From assembly GCF_006345805.1 (NCBI RefSeq), contig NW_021832988.1, forward strand, positions 1 to 59,622: a DNA stretch of 59,622 nucleotides, in the 5' to 3' direction. The position numbers and the translations under genes are program-made. This DNA is from Octopus sinensis (lineage: Eukaryota). Positions within the stretch are counted from its first letter, which is position 1. Every line of letters starts with the position of its first letter. The notes below the pieces were generated by a model. That model searched no databases. It was not told the DNA's origin and was given only the letters and a program-made list of their open reading frames with translations. Positions 36,060 to 48,281 of the stretch are shown here, piece after piece.

Positions 36060-38538
36060 TTGGGAAATTATGGAGTGAATTTTAGGGCCTATAAATCTAA
36101 TATTCTCCTATCCTTCCTTAATACCGGTTCCCATATGCTGCTCATATCTGCACTCGGTCTGCTTAGGAGGTTGTTGTGTCCTAGCATATGTGCTGCTTCT
36201 TTTAGTTTTCGTATTTCCAGTGGTGTTCTCTGTCTATTATTTTAACTTCATCCCACAGGGGGAGGTGGTCTCCATTTTCCCATACATGATCAGCTATACC
36301 CGATTTATCAGTATCTCCTCGTGTCACAGCTTTGTGATGTTCCTCTACCCTTATTTTGAGGGTGCAGCATGTTTCGCCTTTGTATACCCTACCCCAGGTG
36401 CATGGGATGGAGTACATGCAGTCTTTGGTCATATTCTCTTCTATTGGTGGTTTTACTCGAAGGAGATATCTGTGAAGTGTTGTATTACTCTTGAATACTG
36501 TCCTGATGTCATATGGGCCACACATCTTTTGTATCTTTTCGGAGAAGCCTTTCACATAGGGTAGACAAACTGTGGACAGTTTATTGACCTCATCCTCTCT
36601 CTTCTTCATAATTGGAGTGGATAGTATACTTTTGGGGTTAGTTGTTGCTTAATGGATTGTTATTGAGCTTGATCATTTCTTCGTGGTGGGTATCACGATC
36701 ACTACTTATATTCTTTGCTCAGTGTTTTAGACACTGAGCAATCCCTTTCTTTACACTGTATGGATGGTGGGAATTGAAGTTGAGGTATCGTCCAGTAAAG
36801 GTCAGCTTGTGGTATACGGATGTCCTGAATCCATACTTGTCCAGGAATGCCAGCTGATTGTCTTTTTCTTTTTCCATTATGAGCTGTATGGATGGCTTTA
36901 TTGAGTTCAAATGGTCTAACAGCACTTGGACATCTTCCTGGTGGGGCCAGAGTATGAAGGTGTCATTAACATATCGCAGCCATAAGGTTGGTTTTAGTGG
37001 TGTTGATCCTAAAGCCAAATTCTCAAAGTATTCCATGTGTATATTGGCTATTATTGGTGATAATGGTAAACCTATAGCTAAACCCTCTTCTTGTTGATAT
37101 ATATCAGTGTCCATACTGAAGTAGGTAGTTTCTACACAGAAGGTCAACATTTCCATCAATTTTCTTATTGGCATACTAGTGCATTCTTTTAGATGGGTGT
37201 CTGTCACTAGTTTTTCTTGTATCACTGATAGTGCTTCACCAGTTGGGACTTTAGTGAACAGACTTATCACATCTAGACTCACCATCTGGTTGGATTCAAT
37301 GGGGGTATCCTTGGTCACTTATGTGAAGTGGGTGGAATTCTTCACGTACGAAACTGACTTTCCTGCTAATGGACTGATTATATCCATAACGAAGTGGCTC
37401 AGTGGATAACATGCTGAACCTCTACAGCTCACTATAGGTCTTAACGGAATACCATCCTTGTGAATCTTAGGGCGACCGTACATGTGTGGTAGTTTACTGT
37501 GGTGTTGAGTCAGTTGTGTGTACTTCATTGGTGTAAAGTGATCCTTATTCTTGATCAAGATCCATGACAGCTTCCTCTTTGTTTTCAGAGTTGGGTCTTT
37601 CTTTACTTTGCTGTAGCTACCATCACTTACAAGACTTGCCAACTTTTCATAGTAGTCAGACTTGTTCATCACCACTGAAGCATTTCCCTTGTCCACTGGA
37701 AGTATTATGATGGAATTGTCACTCTGTGATCTTTTGATAGTGAACTTTTCTCCTTTAGTGGTGTTTGTTTTTGAAAGTTTTGTTTTTTCCAGTACCTGTC
37801 TCACTTTCCACCTTAGTTCACCTCCTTTAGCTTTTGGTATCTTTATGGCTATCTCTTCATTATGTCCAAGTATGGAATACGCTTGATGGTTGTCACAAAG
37901 TTGAAACCTTTGTTAAGTACTGCTTCTTCAGAGCTTTCTAGATGTCATCTACTTACGGATTTCAGTCTTCATTCTCTGACATTCATAAACTTCTTAATCT
38001 GGCATGTCTTCACCATTTCAAATTCTTTCATGCACGACTTTTCTAGATCTTGTTGGACTCTCTTTCTATCATCGTCTCTGGTCATTTTCCTAAGTAATGA
38101 AGATAACCTCTCTTTGATTTCATTATTTAGTCGATGTTTTTTCCAATGGTTGTAATGGATCCTCTCACGGACAAGGGCGTGTCCAGCCCTTTCCGCTACT
38201 CTTCTAGCTTTATATGAATCCACTGGGGTCATTATATCCAAGCCAGGTGGTATTAGCTTTGAGTCTCTACATCTACACAGGAAACTTAGATGGTTTGAAA
38301 GGCGAGCTAGTTTTTGATGGAGTTTCTCTTATATGTCTCCATTGAAGTCTAATGTCGGCTCCGTACCGATTAAATGATACAGTTCTATATTTAAGAAATA
38401 CGGAATTATGTACATTATTTATATTTGACAGATAATTCAGTGACCTGAATAATGATAATAATAATAATAATAATAACAATAACAACAACAACATAATAAT
38501 ACCTTAGGAATGAGAACCCAGGTTCAAAATTTCCCCAA

Positions 38539-38584
38539 GACACCTGATGAAGGCTGGAGGGTATATCAACCGAAATGTTGTGTT
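38539..38584 (+). ncRNA. Minimal type I hammerhead ribozyme motif (decayed) in the inverted pLTR
   Basis: GACAC-CTGATGA-[A GGCTG gagggtatat CAACC]-GAAA-TGT-T-GTGTT. Stem I is GACAC/GTGTT, with a short palindromic stem III as described for PLE hammerheads. Confidence 0.7.
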
Positions 38585-38899
38585 AACAACAAACAAGATG
38601 AAGACAAATATCCGTCAAATGTAAATAATGTATAACAATATCTGTCGGAGTGACAACCATCGTCAGAAGACAGATACACAAAGTGGCAAAAGACCACGTT
38701 ACAACAAAGCCTAACACTGCTCACCACCCCTATTCCCTTCCCCTCCATCCCAATCTCTATGTTTATCAGATGATGAACATAGAGATTGAGAAGCAAATAA
38801 AATGATGGTAAAGTGTATGCAGGCTGAAGTCATATGTATGTTTGTGATGTCTACCAAATGCACATGTGAGCTATCTTCTCAGATGCAAAATGCTGTCCC

Positions 38900-39125
38900 C
38901 CATCCCTGGATCTCCCCAGCTCACACCCTTAGAGGTGACACAATGCTGGCACACTGAAAGGTAGGTCTGGTAAGATTGTTGAGATGCTTGAATGGAGATG
39001 TGTAGATTAGTGCAGCATCCAAGAAGTAAGGTGGAGAGGAAGTTCTGCCAGGTTCTTCACAGGCAAAGAACATGGGTATAAGATTTTCTGGTAGGGAACA
39101 CTGATGGGGTCGGGGGCATGGGTAT
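38900..39125 (+). mobile_element. RTE endonuclease N-terminal fragment
   Basis: IQEVRWRGSSARFFTGKEHGYKIFW motif. Confidence 0.6.
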
Positions 39126-39129
39126 ACTC

Positions 39130-39490
39130 ATCATCATCATCATTGTTTAATGTCCATTTTCCATGCTGGCATGAGTTGGACAGTTTGACTGGGGACTGGC
39201 AAGCCACAAGGCCACACACCAGGCTCCAATCTGATCTGGATGCACTTTCTAACACCAACCGCTCTGAGAGTGTAGTGGATGTCTTTTACGTGCCACTGGC
39301 AAAGGAGCCAGTCAGGTGGCACAAGGCCTGAAATTTTGGGAGAGAGGTTAATCAATTACATCAACCCCAGTGTGTAACTGGTACTTATTTTAACAACCCT
39401 GAAAGGATGAAAGGTGAAGCTGACCTCAGTGGAATTTGAACCCAGAACGTTAACACAGATGAAATGTCACTAAACATTTTGTCCACATTT
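39130..39490 (-). mobile_element. RTE tail (39130-39320) abutting a tRNA-SINE fragment (39320-39490)
   Basis: Reverse complement of the RTE tail, plus B-box-like GGGTTCAAATTCC on the minus strand. Confidence 0.6.
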
Positions 39491-39829
39491 CCCAAACAAC
39501 AACAACAACAACCAAAAGTACCAATCTTATAAGCCTGATTAATGCCACAACATCACATGGAATACATTGGTGAAAAAAACATCACAACCATTTACCCACA
39601 AAAGTAAACCAGGTGAACCTAATTTATAAATACTGCTTTGTGTTGGGCCCTCAATTCCTCGATGGGGTTGTAGGGGGAACTATGCTGTTGGGTACTTTTA
39701 GACCTGGAGAGGCCAGGAGATGTGGCGATTTGCTGTACTTGAAAAACATCACGTGAAGCTAAATAAAATCACTGTCTTCACTGCGTACAGGTTTGTGCTT
39801 TCAGGGGTGGGTGCCACATGAAACCACAC

Positions 39830-40030
39830 CCATGCTGGGGCTGTGTGTCAACACACCTGTGCCAGTGGCACATATTAAAAGCACCCAGCACATTAAGTGG
39901 TTGGCATTAGGAAGGACATCCAGCCATAGATTCCATGCCACAACAGACATTTGGACCCTGGCCAGCTCCACTTCAAACAATCCAACCCATGCCAGCATGG
40001 AAAGTGGACGTTAAATGAGGATGATGATGT
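39830..40030 (+). mobile_element. RTE-type 3' tail
   Basis: GGCATTAGGAAGGACATCCAGC..GGACGTTAAATGAGGATG. Confidence 0.65.
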
Positions 40031-41029
40031 CAATGGCCATCCCTCTGTAGGAATGACCAAAACTGATTTCTTCTAAAAAGAAGGAGAAAGAGAGAGAGAG
40101 AGATAGACAAAAAGAAAGTAAAAGTGAGAGGGAGAGGAAAAATTGACCCCAAAATAATCAAAGACAAAATTGATTCCCGCATTGCAATGAGTCAGAATGA
40201 TTGCCACAAAGCATCCTATCTGGTGTTCTACTAACTTTGTGACTTGACCACTTCATTAACACAACAGAATTCACTTAAAAACAAGTTTATGTCACTAAAA
40301 CATGTTGTCTTCACACACAACATTTTTTCTCATGATAATTAAGAAACTATTTTTAAAAACCAAAACACAGGACACTTTAAATATTTAATTAGATTGTTTA
40401 TAATGAAGATAGCGAACCAGACCAGAGATTGAAAAACTAAAATCTAAAAACATCAATATAATAGAAATACAACAAAATGAAGTTGATTATTATGTGTCCG
40501 ACCCTTGCCAGCATGGAATGTGGATGTTAAATCATGATGGTGATGATGATGTGCGTGCATGTACACTGGTACTGAACTCACAAACCACTCCCACAAACAA
40601 GCAGCCTTGAGATAGACTTAGGTGCACTCATCCTATCCTGCTGCAAAAACAACACAGATAATACATGAAGCAGAAGAAAAGCATCACAAGTCAACTGCGC
40701 TCCTATCCTATACACCCTCTACCAACACCCATATGCACCACCAAGTTAACCACAACATCACCTGTTGCACATATATACCCAGCTACCACGCAGGGCAGAC
40801 ATATACCCAACTCCATTTTGAACGCTTACTCATCATCATCATCTTCACCTCAATGAAGAAAGCAAACAAACACAAACATATATATTTATCTTGCATAAGA
40901 CTTTGGAAGTGGGGACCTTGGTACAGAATTTCATAGGTTTTGAGTAGTGGGAAACCACCTTTTAGCTAATATTAGTAGTACCTGTTAGGGTTCCAAATAT
41001 GGTTTACCTAGCAGCTTTAGGTATAAAAC

Positions 41030-41418
41030 CACCACTATGGAAGCACTCCGTCTGTTACGACGATGAGGGTTCCAGTTGATCCGATCAACGGAACAGCCTG
41101 CTCGTGAAATTAACGTGTAAGTGGCTGAGCACTCCACAGACACGTGCACCCTTAACGTAGTTCTCGGGGATATTCAGCGTGACACAGAGAGTGACAAGGC
41201 CGGCCCCTTGAAATACAGGTACAACAGAAACAGGAAGTAAGAGTGAGAGAAAGTTGTGGTGAAAGAGTACAGCAGGGATCACCACCATCCCCTGCCAGAG
41301 CCTCATGGAGCTTTAGGTGTTTTCGCTCAAAAACACCCCCAACGCCCGGTCTGGGAATCGAAACCGCGATCCTATGACCGCGAGTCCGCTGCCCTAACCA
41401 CTGGGCCATTGCGCCTCC
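41030..41418 (-). mobile_element. tRNA-derived SINE, third family
   Basis: Head GGAGGCGCAATGGCCCAGTGGTTAGGG..GGTTTCGATTCC with A and B boxes. CpG-rich, so probably young. Confidence 0.8.
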
Positions 41419-42439
41419 ACCAAAACCACCACTACCATGTGTGTTGGCAGGGAGAAAATGCATCTTGATTATATTTGAGATACCTGGCAGCCTACTGAAA
41501 CCAGCCCAGACTAATCTAGCATGTTATCAATTCCAATGGTGTCACTGGTTAAGGCAGGTGTACAAGTACCACTGGTGAGGGCAAGTGTACACATGTACAC
41601 ATTGTCTACCCTACATAAAATTATGTGAGGGCCATCTGTGGATCCCTTCCTACAATCCAGTAATAATTTGATGTGATGCAGCATGCCTTTGCTGATCTTG
41701 GGAAAGTCTCATCTCATTTCTGTCTTGACACTCCATCTGATGTACTGCAGCATGTCATTACTTGTATCAACTCACAGTCTGAGGTGTGTGTGTGTGAGTT
41801 GGGGGGGGGGTCATGTAGTGTGTCAAGGAAACCATATTTAGCTGTCATGCATCAGCACAGTTGTGCTTTGGCAATTGCTGCCTATTAGAGATGGTCGCAC
41901 AGCTATAAATACGGTGTCACCTGACCAGAAAGGGATGTTATTTCTAGTCAGTCAAATAACAGCTAGCAGAAGACTTCGACAAGATTACAGCTATTTTCAG
42001 TGGGACTTCAGAAGGGCACTACCTCTGACGGCATTACTTCGACATGAACAGCTGTGTTATTTCACCGACTTAATGCCATAAACTTTGGGATTACAGAAAC
42101 CACACACAGAGAATCCCATTATTCTCTATGGACCAAACTTGCCTGTTTAAACTTCTTACTGCATTTATTGCAGTATGCTTCCACCTATGTATGTAGTAGT
42201 GAGTCCAATAGGCTTCTTGAATCCTACATAAAACTGTCTACACACATTGCAACCCAAATAAATTAAGGTGTTTATTATAATATAGCTTTCTGATGTATTT
42301 TCTCAATGCCTCACAGATGCAACTCTTTCATTGATTCCCACTTTGTGTATTTAGTTGGTAACACACTAAAACTGGTGAAAATTAACTCAAGTTACATTCT
42401 TACATAGTTATATTTGGACACAGAAACAACTCTGCCGCA

Positions 42440-43900
42440 AATGTTATCGCAGGGTAAGGACAATACTTAAGACAGAGCTAAACGCAAGAAACACAACCAA
42501 AGCGATCAATACTTTAGCCATACCGGTCGTGACTTACAGTTTCAATATCGTTAACTGGTCAATTACTGAAATCTGTAATCTTGACAGAAAAATACGAAAA
42601 CTGTTGACAATGCATAGAATGCACCACCCTAAGGCTGATATAGAGCGACTTTATCTGCCAAGAAAGGAGGGAAGTCATGGTCTTTTACAACTGGCAATAA
42701 CAATGAAGATTGCTACGATTGGCCTAGACACCTACCTGAAAAAGTCTGAGGACTGGATGTTAAAACTTGTCTCAAAACATGAAAACAAGAAAGCATCATA
42801 CTTAGTAACAAAACCGGCAAAGGAATATCTAAGTGAATTCCGAATACAACAAATTTTGGAATTAGACACACAAGAAACAAGCACAGAAAAAGCTAAGCGC
42901 ATGAAAACACATGCTAAAACTGCTGCCTTAGATATTCTTACGGATAAATGGCAAGAAAAACCTCTCTATGGCAAATACCCAAGAGAGTGAATGATGCAGA
43001 TGTTGACAAAGCCCTGACCCATCAATGGCTTAAAATCTGAAACAGAGGGGTTTATCATAGCAGCTCAAGATCAATGCCTACCAACAAGAAACTACCAGGC
43101 CAACATATTAAAGATCAGAAGCAGTCCAACGGGTCGTGTATGCAAGCAACAAAATGAAACCATTGACCATGTTGTCTCCAAGTGCAGTCTTCTAGCACCT
43201 ACAGAGTATCTCAACAGGCACGATAGAGCTGCACAATATATTCACTGGGTAATCTGTAAAAACCTGGATTTGCCCCATGAAAAAAACTGGTGGGAACACA
43301 AACCACCCCCAGTGCTTGAAAATGACCACATCTCACTCCTCTGGAACTTCACCATTCAACTGTCAGATAGATGCAAATAGGCCAGACATCATATTGAAAG
43401 ACTTCAAACAAGAACATGCCTCCTCATTGATATGACTGTCCCAATCGATATAAACGTATCTGTCAAGACCTACCAAAAACTGAGCAAATATAAAGATCTT
43501 GAAATAGAAATCAGCAAAATGTGGAACCTGAAGACTAAAACAATACCTGTTGTCATAGGTGCCCTGGGAATGATAGCAAAAGGGGCTGATAGCTACCTAA
43601 CTCAGATACCAGGAAACCCAATAATGGCAGAAATTCAAAAGATAGTGCTCATGGGAACTGCTCATATCCTACGCAAAATACTTTGTATGTAATCTCAAGG
43701 TTTAAAACAAACATAATTTTCAGTTTAAAAAAAAAATTAAAAAGAAAAATTTTTTTAGACATTCATTAGTACAACACCCCCACCCCCCAAATATATGGCA
43801 CACTAGGTATAACAACAACATGAACTTCCAACCCTGTTGTCTCTTGAGATCTCTGGGTGAGACTTGGAGCCAACTTGTACAAATATAAAGCAAAAGTCAA
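42440..43900 (+). mobile_element. R4/Dong-clade LINE, 3' 1.4 kb, followed by (AAT)n
   Basis: LYLPRKEGSHGL, WQEKPLYG, IDMTVPID..KLSKYKDLEIEI..IPVVIGALG..LMGTAHILRKIL, then a stop and AAT array at 43905-43990. Confidence 0.9.
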
Positions 43901-43948
43901 ACATAGAATAATAATAATAATAATGATATTAATAATAATAATAATAAT

Positions 43949-43991
<43 letters not shown>

Positions 43992-44749
43992 GCCCTGATG
44001 CAGTACCAGGCAGTGGCTTCTGATCTTAACTGATTGGAAGTGTTATCATGTACATTGTTTTGTCTTGGTATAAAAGATGGGCTACAGCAAATATTCTGCT
44101 CAATACCACAGATTTGCTTGTCAGTTGTTTGACCTTAACCAGTTGAGCATGTCCCTTAGTGGCTGACGATATGTGCATCTCTGATCACGAGCAGAAGTAG
44201 TGGGGGAGCATCATAGCCATGTGTTGAGAGGGATTCTTTGGGGTTTGAATAGTTCACCTCTGGAAACATGGGTGGTTCTTTCAACATCCTTAAACAACCC
44301 TTATTCAGGGACCGTTTGAGCGGGATGGGCTACTCAACCTGAAGAAAATTCTAACTGGGCCCCACCTGCAAGGTCATGTGCTGTTTATCTTGATATGAGA
44401 TCACCATGTCGCGCACATATGGTTGTGATGCATGTGCCTGGTGTACCTTTATCAGACGGGTAGTCATGATGGGTATATTGGGCTTCGTAAATTTTACCCC
44501 AGTGTCACTTTGATGGCATGAACTGCTCTCTCACTCAATAATAATAATAATAATATAATAATAATAATATAATAATATATAATAATAATATTAATAATAA
44601 TATAATAATAATAATAATATTAATAATAATAATAATAATAATGATGATGGTGATGGTGATGATGATAATGATGATGGTAATGGTGGTGAAAATGATGATA
44701 GTGATGGTAATGGTGATGATAATAACAATAATAAGCCGACTACGGCTGC

Positions 44750-45210
44750 TATAATGGTACGATTATAATTGTAACGGCAATGATGGCCGTCTCCCCACGA
44801 GCCAATCAAAGCTAAAAAATGATAACATTATCGTAGCACCAAAATGTTTTTGGAAACTAAAAGGAAAACTAAATCAGTATACCAAATCGCTTGTCCTATG
44901 GTTAATCTGGAAGCGCGTCCCCAGGGAAGAGCCAGCCTGGGATCGAAAAGTCATCAACTGGCACAAACTCTCTCCGAATACGGACATGGATGGTCACTTG
45001 AACGGGAAATCCCCCAACTCGAGCCCTCCAAGTTCACCACCACAACCACCACAGAAAGAAAAATGTAAGCGGAACAAATGGACCCGAGAAGAGTATAAAG
45101 AAGTAATATATGCTTATTACTATGCATTAGGTAGGCCATCTCAAGAGAGACGCACCGCAAACTCTTACAGTATATGGAGAACACGGAATCAAGACAGTAG
45201 GCCCTATTTG
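44750..45210 (+). mobile_element. R4/Dong-clade LINE, 5' UTR and ORF N-terminus
   Basis: KRNKWTREEYKEVIYAYYYA..YSIWRTRN matches R4-type ORF starts. Confidence 0.65.
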
Positions 45211-45396
45211 GATTTTAGTTTAACTTAAAAAAAAAAAAAAAGTTTAAGAAAATGAACGAACTATTGAGTTTGGTTTAATGGCCTACCAATGTATACTATG
45301 AGTTTCTTTGCCCTAGGAGTCGGAAGACACTCGGCAAGAAATGGAAGAAATTTGAAAGAAGAAAAAAAAAATAATAATAATACTAATGATAATGAT

Positions 45397-45439
<43 letters not shown>

Positions 45440-45455
45440 TAATAATAATAATAAT

Positions 45456-46710
45456 AAGAGCAATACTCAAGACAGAGCTGAATGCAAGAAACAGGATCGA
45501 AGTGATCAATGCTTTAGCCATATCAGTCGTGACTTACAGTTTCAATATCGTTAACTGGTCAATTACTGAAATCTGTAATCTTGACAGAAAAATACGAAAA
45601 CTGTTGACAATGCATAGAATGCACCACCCTAAGGCTGATATAGAGCGACTTTATCTGCCAAGAAAGGAGGGAAGTCATGGTCTTTTACAACTGGCAATAA
45701 CAATGAAGATTGCTACGATTGGCCTAGACACCTACCTGAAAAACTCTGAGGACTGGATGTTAAAACTTGTCTCAAAACATGAAAACAAGAAAGCATCATA
45801 CTCAGTAACAAAACCGGCAAAGGAATATCTAAGTGAATTCCGAACACAACAAATTTTGGAATTAGACACACAAGAAACAAGCACAGAAAAAGCTAAGCGC
45901 ATGAAAACACATGCTAAAACTGCTGCCTTAGATATTCTGAATGATAAATGGCAAGAAAAAACTCTCTATGGCAAATACCCAAAGAGAGTGAATGATGCAG
46001 ATGTTGACAAAGCCCTGACCCATCAATGGCTAATAGCCTCTGGCTTAAAATCTGAAACAGAGGGGTTATCATAGCAGCTCAGATCAATGCCTACCTACAA
46101 GGAACTACCTGGCCAACATATTAAAGGATGGCAGTAGCCCAACATGTCGTGTATGTCAACAGCAAAATGAAACCATTGATCATGTTGTCTCCAAGTGCAG
46201 TCTTCTCGCGCCTATGGAGTATCTCAACAGGCATGATAGAACTGCACAATATATTCACTGGGTAATTTGCAAATATTTGGACCTGCTCCATGATAAAAAC
46301 TTGTGGGACACAAACCATCTCCAGAGCTTGAAAATGACCACATCTCACTCCTCTGGAACTTTACTGTTCAAACTAACAGAAAGCTAGATGCAAATAGGTC
46401 GGATATTATATTGAAAGACTTCAGACAAAGAACATGCCTCCTCATTGATATGACTGTACCAATCGATATAAACGTATCTGTCAAGACCTACCAAAAACTG
46501 AGCAAATATAAAGATCTTGAAATAGAAATCAGCAAAATGTGGAACCTGAAGACTAAAACAATACCTGTTGTCATAGGTGCCCTGGGAATGATAGGAAAAG
46601 GGGCTGATTGCTACCTAACTCAGATACCAGAAAACCCCAAAATGGCAGAAATTCAAAAGATAGTGCTCATGGGAACTGCCCATACCCTACATAAAATAGA
46701 ATCTATGTAA
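45456..46710 (+). mobile_element. R4/Dong-clade LINE 3' fragment (same subfamily as 42440)
   Basis: Long stretches identical to 42456-43690. Begins directly after an (AAT)n array. Confidence 0.9.
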
Positions 46711-47806
46711 CCCTCAAAACATTTTAACCGGCAAAAAGTCAAAATATTTTTAAATGTATATCTTAACAAACACCTTTTCCCGCCATCTTCATGTCAGACT
46801 ATCATCTTATAATGAAATTACTTTTGAAGCCATCTTTTAATTTACTTATGTTTTCAGGGAGCTGGAGGGGAGGTGGAGGAGCAATGAAGAGAAAAGTGGA
46901 GAAAGAAGGAAAGAAAGAAAGAGAGAGAGAAGGAAAACGATAAAGAAAGAAAAGAAACGAAAGAAAGAAAACATGTAAACAAAAACCCATTTGTCATGTT
47001 ACGGCCTTTTAACGCCGCACCCAAGAAATCAAAATGAAAGCAATAAAATTAAGACAGAAAATGAATCTCAGTAAAAAAAAATGACGTAACGTGTAAATAT
47101 ATTTCCGTGATCAACAAACATTACAGAGTAACCTTTTACTAAAGCGGCTTCAATTAATAGAAAACCTGTTGGGAAATCTTGGATAAATAATTCCCACGTT
47201 TTCGATGATAACAAATTATTCCGATTTCGCTAAAAACCACACGGCACTTCAAACTTCGAACTTGTCCCTCCCACCCCGCATTTATCAATGTATACAGGCA
47301 TTGTATAAGTGTATATGTATGAAATGTATACTATATCTGTATGTACGTATGTATTACATCGATCAATAAAGAACCGAAAGAAAAATAGAATCTGTTTATT
47401 CAGAGATTCTTTCAAGCCAAATCCAAACAAGTTTCCACATACCTCTTCGGTTGCGTCTCACTACAACTTCTGTTTCAATCCTAGCCCGGATTTGCTATAT
47501 ATTTTCATTCTACTGGGGCGGTGGTCATTTGCCAGAAATGCCTCCATCGTCTTAAATATCAACACGAAACTGGCGTGTTAGTATCCCTGATAGTGAAACA
47601 ATTGTCTTTTTCTAGGGTGTGGCCTATATGAGGAGATTTGGCTGCCATACGTACACACGCACACATTCTGAAAACGGAGAGGAAACAAATCCATGTAGTT
47701 ATAATGTAAGGAAAAGTATTGAAATCGATTTTGTAAAGTATTTGTAAAGCAATGGAGAGACGGGATTAAAGAAATTAAATTAGGAAGATGTAAAACGAAG
47801 ACTTAC

Positions 47807-48080
47807 CTCGTCACAACTCTGAGCAAAAGTGAAACTTGAAACTTTATTTGATCGTTTTTAAGCTATTGATTGGTTTAACAACAACTTTGTATGACATCAG
47901 TGTTTTTCCGAGAAAAAGAAACACTTCCCCCTCTGCCCTCTTTTAACACAATTTACCTTGAAATATATTTTATTATTAATTACAACAGACGACATAAAGA
48001 AAACTTTTCAAAAGAAGAAAAATCTGAAATAGTTTTTTTTATAGGAGACTTTATCTGGTTTTCTCCAATGGCATGTTTTT
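47807..48080 (-). promoter_or_regulatory. Candidate promoter plus non-coding first exon (copy A) of the minus-strand gene
   Basis: Consensus donor GACGAG|GTAAGT at 47807/47806. IRF-E-like AAAAGTGAAACT (47825-47836), CCAAT (ATTGG near 47869), CRE-like TGACATCA (near 47892) and ETS-like GGAAGT. Linkage to the gene is inferred. Confidence 0.5.
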
Positions 48081-48281
48081 TCCACAGACCTTCAGTTTAT
48101 GCGTACACATACACACGCACGGACTTAGCTTCGCTCACATAATATTTATTTGGGTCATATCATTGCAAAACCTGACTGCTGTAAGTGGTGAGTCTGGTGA
48201 CCACACACACACACACACACACTACTTTACTGTTCAAACTGACAGAAAGACATGCAAATAGGTCAGACACGATATTGAAGA

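Larger units (their letters stand above)
35800..38640 (-). mobile_element. Near full-length Penelope/Poseidon-type element with 3' pLTR, partial direct 5' pLTR and inverted pLTR
   Basis: N-terminus KLARLSNHLSFLCRCRDSKLIPPGL, RT (DKGN..VV, YGRPKIHK..PLRPIVS, SLDV.SLFT.VP, G...G.PLSP..ANI.ME, RYVND) and GIY-YIG (YSIPC..VYKGET). pLTR sequence at 35800-36060 (-), 38370-38430 (-) and 38438-38632 (+). Confidence 0.88.

Noticed and set aside
43990-44540. ~550-bp repeat-like block between AAT arrays
   Set aside because: Looks like an interspersed repeat, but there is no second copy or diagnostic motif in the window, so it was left unclassified.
44770-44810. HDV-like motif in the R4 5' UTR (GTC-TCCCCAC-GAG)
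   Set aside because: P3 is mismatched and there is no P1 partner.
44591-45521. Leu-rich or Asn-rich ORFs (also 6381-6737, 28531-28877, 30878-31150, 49293-49539)
   Set aside because: They are translations of AAT, TA, GA and CA microsatellites.
46762-46795. Coding first exon ATG AAG ATG GCG GGA AAA G|GTGTTT (phase 1)
   Set aside because: The donor is weak and a YY1 motif explains the sequence. Not supportable without RNA data.
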